Assembly: GCA_002753465.1 (NCBI GenBank)
Contig: PEAF01000007.1
Coordinates: 1-54,802, forward strand
DNA: 54,802 nucleotides
Direction of reading: 5' to 3'
DNA from: Candidatus Omnitrophota bacterium
GTDB taxonomy: Bacteria; Omnitrophota; Gorgyraeia; Zapsychrales; Fredricksoniimonadaceae
Made by a program: the position numbers and the translations under genes. The notes under the pieces were generated by a model. It saw nothing but the letters and a program-made list of their open reading frames with translations, was not told where the DNA came from and ran no database searches. Shown here one piece after another: positions 1 through 7,900 of this stretch. Positions within the stretch are counted from its first letter, which is position 1; every line of letters starts with the position of its first letter.

Positions 1-1
1 G

Positions 2-1759
2 ATGTCTTTATCTTACTTGATCGCTCATTCTTCACGGCTGGAAGACGTGGCTTTGCAAGGAAAACTTGTAACGCTTCGCAATGAATTCCTTGGAAGATTA
101 AAACCTTTATTGAGAGCAAAGATCGCGCCTCTTGACCCCGGCGCTTTTCATATTACGACGTTTCCCATGGCTTCGTTATTAGATGAGACGGTAAGGGATA
201 AAGCTAAGAAGATCGTGATGGACTTTACCAGAGATATGCCGGAAAAGTTTCGGCGAAGTACGCCGGCAAAAGTTATCGGGATCGATATGTTTACGCCCAG
301 CGTTATTAAATTTTCTCTTGTGTGGGACCATGAGTTCTTTACTGACCTTGGTCTTTCGATCGAAAATGCGTTGAAGCAAGATGCGGATGTATGGGCTGCT
401 TATGGTCAAGGAAAGGAATGGGAAAAGGCCGGGAAACATATCTTTCATATTACTTTGGGTTCCATCATGGAGCCGCTTACACCTGAAGAGATAGATCAGC
501 TTGTCGATGCGATGGCTATTGAATCAACCCCTGATAAGCACATTGACTTTTCTTTGTCCTCAGGGCAGATGATCACATCTACAGATTCGAATACGCTGGT
601 CTTATGGGATCAAGTTAAGGGAGTGCTTGGTCCGATGGCAGTGCGGACAAGATTAAGTAGAATGTCAAACTTGGCTGTTATTTATTTGCATGGCATGGGT
701 GGAGATATTAACAATAAGGTCGGTCAATGGCTGGAAGAATTGCCGCTCGATATGACTGTGGTGCGATATACCTCATCGAGGATTAGAGAGAAACCGGGGA
801 AAGTAACAAAGGACCAGTTGATAAATTCTGCACCAGAAGGCGCCAAGATTTGGCAATGGTTGGAGGCTAATAAATATCTGATTCCCTCTCAGAAGGATGA
901 CACCGTGCTTGAGATCAATAAGAAGGCAGGGTACACGATCGATGATGTTTTAGATGCCGTTAAAGTGCAATACCCTCAGGAAAATGGCTTTTTGGAGATG
1001 GTCAAGAAGATCGATTGGATCAGTTATACATTTGGGAATAAAGAAACCGATCGTAAAGTAAAGACTTTTGATGATGAAATTCAGGATCTAAAGGATGTTG
1101 TCGATGCGACAATTCAGAAATTTGCTGAACTAGGTCGAGGCCCTTTGCAAATTGTTCTTGTGGGTGAAAGTTTAGGCGGTACGATAGTTCCGATAATTGC
1201 GCACGAACTTGAAGCAAAAGGAGTCAAGGGTATTGTTTCTATAGTCGGGAACTCGGGGTATGAACCTAAAAGCCCGACAGTGATTCTTTCGGAAGAGCAT
1301 CCGATCACGGGTAAAATTCCTGAACAGGAGGAGATGCTCCGGAGGTTTAGGGAGTTTTCCGGTGAAACATTGATTATTCAGGCGGCTGAAGATCATAATC
1401 CTGATCGAAATCCATCTTCCGCCAAATGGCAAGAGAAGCCGCCGTTGGTCGTTCCAGGTGGGCATGATATTAATTCAAGCGGTGAGGATACCGAGAAGGC
1501 GATCAAGGGCGGGTTGAATGGTTTTATTATTTCTTTGAAGGAGCGCTTAGGAGTTCTGGGGAAAGATAGCGCACCGGGTGGTATTGACCTAACCTGTGAA
1601 AAGATGAAGCTTGAGATCCAGGGTTCACGGAGTGGTGTTCAGTTTAAGTTTGATACGGCCATGATCCAGCAATTGCAGAATGCTTCTGGTTTAACTCCAA
1701 TAATTATTGATATTAGACCCATGAAGACAACAGTTTCCAGGTTTTTCGAGCTTCCTTAG
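2..1759 (+). CDS. Probably 5'-truncated modular 'GGID-CTD' family protein: 2H phosphoesterase + alpha/beta hydrolase + conserved C-terminal domain
   Basis: Two HxT motifs (FHITT, FHITL); LHGMGG oxyanion loop, GESLGG nucleophile elbow, candidate Asp (AAED) and His (GGHD); C-terminus DSAPGGIDL...SGLTPIIIDIRP resembles the three downstream paralogs. ORF starts at the window edge and lacks the family N-terminal domain. Confidence 0.8.
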   Translation: MSLSYLIAHSSRLEDVALQGKLVTLRNEFLGRLKPLLRAKIAPLDPGAFHITTFPMASLLDETVRDKAKKIVMDFTRDMPEKFRRSTPAKVIGIDMFTPSVIKFSLVWDHEFFTDLGLSIENALKQDADVWAAYGQGKEWEKAGKHIFHITLGSIMEPLTPEEIDQLVDAMAIESTPDKHIDFSLSSGQMITSTDSNTLVLWDQVKGVLGPMAVRTRLSRMSNLAVIYLHGMGGDINNKVGQWLEELPLDMTVVRYTSSRIREKPGKVTKDQLINSAPEGAKIWQWLEANKYLIPSQKDDTVLEINKKAGYTIDDVLDAVKVQYPQENGFLEMVKKIDWISYTFGNKETDRKVKTFDDEIQDLKDVVDATIQKFAELGRGPLQIVLVGESLGGTIVPIIAHELEAKGVKGIVSIVGNSGYEPKSPTVILSEEHPITGKIPEQEEMLRRFREFSGETLIIQAAEDHNPDRNPSSAKWQEKPPLVVPGGHDINSSGEDTEKAIKGGLNGFIISLKERLGVLGKDSAPGGIDLTCEKMKLEIQGSRSGVQFKFDTAMIQQLQNASGLTPIIIDIRPMKTTVSRFFELP

Positions 1760-1804
1760 GGAGGTTGGCAAAGTGGGGTTCGTGCATTGGTTAATCGCAT
1801 TGCG

Positions 1805-1834
1805 CGCGGCGGTCAGAAATGGCTGCCGCGTTTT
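1805..1834 (+). terminator. Intrinsic terminator
   Basis: CGCGGCGGTCA-GAAA-TGGCTGCCGCG hairpin followed by TTTT, 45 nt after the stop of the first ORF. Confidence 0.7.
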
Positions 1835-1935
1835 CATTTGGGGGGGGGGGGCTGGCGCCTGTGGCAAGGTGGGGTTTGTATATGTTATCTTTATATATAG
1901 TGGCGTCGTATTTCAACAATAAAACGAGGGACGAT

Positions 1936-4900
1936 ATGTTTTCAAAATTCCTGTCCATTATTCTTTCGTTGTCTTTGCTTTTGACACCAGAGATGGGCTA
2001 CGCACAAAGCGCTTTTGTATCCATGCTCCCCGAGCCGGGCAAGATGGTGGGCGTGTCGTCTGCCTTTACGCCGGTGCTGGTCAAGGGCTTGGTCATCCAT
2101 CCGGATAAGCCGCTTAACTTTGACTTTATTGTTGATTCTGGTAATGATTCAGCCGATCAGGCGATCGTTAAAGATCAGACGGATCGTATGGCTAAATATT
2201 TTCTGGCCGCGATCACAGTGCCTGAAGAGCAATTGTGGGTCAACTTGTCACCCTATGAAAAAGATCGTGTGATCGAGAATGACCTGGGTAATACGGTGCT
2301 CGGGCGCGATATGCTGGCGCAGGATTATTTGCTCAAGCAATTGACCGCATCACTCATTTACCCTGAAGAGGGTTTGGGTAAAGATTTCTGGGCCAAGGTT
2401 TACAGCCAGGCACAGGCTAAGTTTGGCACAACGGATATCCCGGTTGATACGTTCAATAAGGTTTGGATTATGCCTGCCGCGGCTGAGGTCTTTGAAAAAG
2501 GCAATGCGGTTTATGTGACCCAGGCAAAGTTAAAAGTCATGTTGGATAGCGATCGTACCGCTATGGCTGTAGTTGATGAAAGAGCATCGATAGCTAAAGA
2601 AGTAATGCGTCAGATCATTGTTCCCGCTATTGAAAAAGAAGTTAATGAAGGCAAGAACTTTGCCGCCATCCGTCAGGTCTATCACGCCGCTATTTTAGCC
2701 AAGTGGTATCGCGAGCTGATTCAAAACACATTGCTCTCCCAAGCTTATGTCGGCCAGAACAAGATTGAAGGTGTCACATCGGACGAGAAGGCGCTTAAGG
2801 AAGAGATCTATCAACGCTACATCGCCGCCTATAAGAAAGGCGTGTTCGATTACATCAAAGAAACGCCATCAACAGCAGGCGATGCCACGCCTAAGAAATA
2901 TTTCTCAGGTGGCATTTCAGATTTTGCGATGAAGAATGTGCCTCTGAGCAAGACTGAAAACGCGCAGGCCATTGGTGTGTCGGTCGGTCAGACGTTCAAG
3001 ATCGATATGGCCATGGGGAGTTCCAGTGATGCGGTGGATCGCCAAGAAGCGCCAATAGATGAGATCTCTGAAGATATGATCGGTGAGGCGGCGGGTTTGA
3101 CGGCACCGCGCAAGTTCATTACGCCGTACGGTAAGTTGAAAGATCGGGAAGAAAGGTTGAAGAATAATACCTTCGGGATTGTTGAGGTATTCTTTCCTAA
3201 ATCTGGTCCAACGGTCGATCGGATGATGATGTTTATAAATAAACTCAAGGCTGAGTTTGGAGATAAGGTTTACACGCTTGACCAAGAGAGTCTGCATATG
3301 ACCATTCAGGGTCTTGAGCGTCAATGGGATAACAAATCAGCGGGTACGCTTAAGGAATTAACCCGTCATGTTGGAAGGGATACGATCGATGTTAATAAAG
3401 AGCCTGTCGCTGGTGTTCTTCTAAAGGCGCGAGAGATCCCCACAAGCGCTTTTGATGTACAGGTTGCCGGAATGGGTTGGGACCCGGTGGGCGGCATCTT
3501 TTGGAAAATTGAGCCATATTTGCAGGCAGGACAAGCGCAGGATGAGATGGCCAAGAGACGCAGTGCCTGGGATCTACCTTCGTTTCGCGCGCCGCATATT
3601 ACAGCCGCCTATTTTGCACAGCCTTTTAATAAAGAAGAAACATCTCGGTTAAAAGATCTTCTCCGGGAGTATCAGACGACGGTTTTTGGGGATCTTCAGG
3701 TTAATGAATTGCAGGCCATTGCTTATGAAGATTATTCGTTTAACGCCGGCTACAGGATCCTTGAGACAGTATCGTTGGAAAAAGAAGGTTCGTCACCGGC
3801 CAGGAAAATATCCGCTTTGGTCATGGATCTGGCAAAGAGCGGTGTTGTCCCTTCCGTTAATGGTAAGAAGCTTTTTGATATTCTTCAGGCCTCGTCTTCC
3901 GGTGACATGCTGCAATACATCAAGAACAACGGCATTCTTTCCAATGATGCAGATATTATCGCTTTATTGGAAGTCAAAAAAAGAAGTTTAACAGCGCAGG
4001 CGCTTTCCGTTGATGAGAAGGAGCAACTGTCATTGTATGAGATAATCTTTGACGGTCATTTTGATCCAACGGTGCCAATGACAGTGTTTTCAGGGGGTAC
4101 AGGGTCGAATCGACTTACGGAGGCGTTGCTTAGGAAGGGGGCTGTTAATTTAACGCTCTTGCTTAATGCCTATGATGACGGCAAGAGTACCGGTGATATA
4201 CGCAGGAATTTTGATGTATTAGGACCATCGGATATTGCTAAGAATCTTGTTGTTCTGCTTAAAGGCAAACATCCGGCGCTGGCGGAATTTCTGGATCACA
4301 GGTTTCCCAAAGACGCTGATGCCAACACGCTGCGATTGAACGTATTTGCGTTGGCGAGCGGTGCGGGAACCGGTGAGATCAATCAGTTGTTCCAGGGGCT
4401 TGATGTACAGACCCAGGAAATACTAAAGAAATATTTTTCGGCCTTTATTGAGCAGATACATGCTTGGGAACGTGAGAATAAAAAGATCTATAACTTCAAG
4501 GATTATGGCGTTCGGAATATGGTATTTCTGGGTGCATATCTTTATTATGGGAACGATTATGCGAAAGCAATAAACGGACTTATTGCGGACTTTAACTTGA
4601 ATGGCAAGATCGTCTTGAATAACCATGAATCATTGTGGCTGATCGCAGTTACAGAAAACGGAGAGCTGCTTAATTCTGAGGCTGCCGTTGTAGATGGGAT
4701 GTTGGATAAAGAGATCGCCAGGGTTTTTCTTGTCAGGAAGCTTTTGTCTTCTGACGGAGTGAGTGATTTTACACGGAAGCGTACACTCGAGGAAAAATTG
4801 GACTTTATTGAAAAGAAGTTTGCCGTATATCCGCAGGCTACCAAGGAATCCGTGGAAGCTATTGAAGGCGCGCGCACCATTGTGTTTGCGCCGACAACAT

Positions 4901-7900
4901 TCCACTCAAGTCTTTCACCCACGCTTATTACTAAGGGGATCTCTGAGGCACTGGCCAGGTCAAGGGTGCCTAAAGTGCTCATTGCAAATTTGACACGTGA
5001 AAGAGGCCGCCACACTGTCGGAGAGGCTATCCAGGATATAACAAAGCATATGAAGTATGGTGTTGGCGTTTCTCAAGGGAGCGTCATTGATTATGTGGTC
5101 CTTAATACGCACGGATATCAGACTAACGGGGTGTCCAATACCAACAGGTTACCCATTGATATGCAGAAGATCCGTCAGGAGGGTGTTGAGGCGATCTCTA
5201 TTGACGTTGATCCTAAAAGTCAGGGCAAGCACCAGGGTGATGTTACGGCACAGGTCGTTTTGTCTTTGCAGGGAATTAGTGGTCTTGGCTATGCCATTAG
5301 TCAGGGAAGGCTTATCAAAAAGAGCAAGCTTGACCTAAAAGAGGAACGAAGGGCTCAGTTAAAGAAGCTCTTGGCTAGTCCGATCCTGTATGCGCAAAAT
5401 GCAGATAGGGTCGAACGGTTGACGCTGGATATTCTTGAGATTAATAGTCTGAATGAGTTTGTGCCGCGCCGTAATACGAGGACGGTTATTTTAGCAGGTG
5501 GGCGTGCGACAAGGCTCGGGTCGGACGTTGCCAAAGTTCTTTATCCTATTGCTGGCCGATCGAACCTCGAATACTTGATGGACGCTGTATCTGTTGTCGA
5601 TAAGAAGCCATTATTGGTGATCAAGCGGCCTGATATGGAGCAGTTTCAGAATTGGCTTAGCCATCACCCGTCGTATACTCCTGAATTGATCACAGTAAGT
5701 GGTAAAGGTGGGACGGCGAATGCAATTGAGGAGTTACAGCAGGTGTTTAAGCAAAAAGGGGCTGAAGATGTTCTGCTCTTATGGGGAGATATCAGTAATG
5801 TAAGGCAATCGACGCTGCGGCTTTTAGCTGCGGTCCATGAAGCATTGGGTTCTGATATGACGATTCCTACGTCATGGGAAGAAAATCCTTATGCTGGCCT
5901 TTTGCGTAATGAGCGTGGGGAGGTTATAGATGTGTTCTTGACCAAAGAACATCCTGAACAACAACAGTTCTTTGGAGAGCATGACGGTAGCCTGTTTCTT
6001 TTTAAAGTTGATGAAATTATGCCGTTCATTCATCAGGCCATAGAGGAGTCCGGGTACAACGAAGGTCGGACGTCTGAGGTTAACTTTTTAAAAACGATAC
6101 CGCTTATGTCAAAAGCTGGAAAGCAGCTTTCCGGTCTTACCAATATGGATGTTCGTGAGACGGCAGGGTACAATACACAGCAGGAGGCTGAACTTGTTGC
6201 GCAGTATAAGCAAGAATTGAAAGATGGCGTACCCTTAGCACAACAGGATATTCATCCGATGCTGGATTCCGTTAAGTGGGTTGACGAAGCGGTCAATGTG
6301 ACCTATGAAATCAGGCGTGAGCATAAAGAGCGTTTTGACAGGTATGTGTCGTCATCGTATAGCGGGGTTGTTTTTGATGTAGATGATACGTTGACGGAAG
6401 ACGGGGTTGTTTCTGATGAGATGATCGATAAGCTCGTTGCCATGATCAATCAAGGCGTTTCGATCGGATTTATTACGGGCCGGACAAATGATTCGCTGGA
6501 GAGGATATTGCTTTCGAAGATCAAGAACCACCCTCGATTGAACGGCGCATTTCTTAACAATATTTACGTGTATGTTGAGAATGGGACATACGGCTATCGC
6601 TTTGATCAGGGCATATCACAGAAATTTTATGATCAGAAATTATCGGCGCGAGATATAGAGGTTGCGTCATTTTATTTGAGGAAATATATTTTTGGTTTTA
6701 AGGATAATTATTCCATAACTGACCATAAAATCCATATTTGGCCGTATGAGCCATTTAAGCAGGCTGAATATGTGGCTAAGATCCGGGAAATGTTTCGGAT
6801 CATCGGCTTACCGTTCACGGTTTATAAAAGTAATTCCGTTGAGACGACCGGCTCGATTTTGATCGTTAATAATGGTAGTAGCAAGGGGGTTGCGCTTGAG
6901 GACTTTCTATCACAGACAAAGATCGCTGAAGGCCGGGTGGCTAAGATCGGTGATCTCGCAAGGCGGGGGTCTGTTGATTTTGAACTGTTAAAAGGAGCGG
7001 GTAGTTTTACTGTCGGTGAATTTGAGCCTGAGAGTAAGGATCAGGTATCGATAAGGCTGACTTCATCCGAGTTGACCAATGAGGCGAGGACATTTTCACT
7101 ACTCAATGTTCTGAAATTTGAGCCTGCGGCCAAGGACTCTGTCTTGTTGGGGCGCACCGATATTCAGAATGCTGACCACGCCATGACCTCTGCCGAAACC
7201 GTCCGCCTGCTCGATGATGCCCGTGTTATGGCCGGGTTGCATACGACGACGGAAAATGGGCAGTTTGGCACTGTTCTTAAGGAGCAGGGGCCGGCGGCTA
7301 TCGTTCGCCTGGCGCAGGAACTTAAGAATAACGGCATACCACCGGTGTTTGATTCTCCGGAGGCGCTTGAGGGGTTCCGGGCGTCAAATATGGATGATAA
7401 GGGTAAGACGGACACGGTTACCGGATTTTTTGTCACCAATGATGTGGCTGGTGCGCGCGCCGGGATCGCGGCGGGGGCGGACTTTCTTGTCGCTATTGAA
7501 TATCTTACGCCAGAAACCATCAAGGCTTTGAAGGTATTGAAGCCGTCAGTGGCTGTTATCAATGTGATCGCACAAAAAGATAAAGACGGGACGTTCATCA
7601 CATTGAAGGACGCGGATGTTATGGCTTTGGTCAAGGATTCGGTCGAGGCCGGGGCTGACGGTATTCAGTTAAAGCCGTTCATGAATTTTGTTACGGATGG
7701 TACTTTTGCTGTTGCCAGCGACGCGCTCAAGGCGATACGTGCTCAGTATCCGGATCTTTTGATCAATGGCGCCGGAGCGATCTTTGGCGAGCGTTACACC
7801 AATGTCCTTAAGATGTCGGAGAATATCCTGCCATCGGTCGGCTTTGCCAATGAGGGTTCAGTGGCCGTTGATGCGGAAAGTTATCGTCAGGCGATTGCTA

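Noticed and set aside
1819-1935. N-terminal extension of the giant ORF as given in the ORF track
   Set aside because: Runs through a terminator and a poly-G tract; RBS, signal peptide and paralog alignment support ATG 1936
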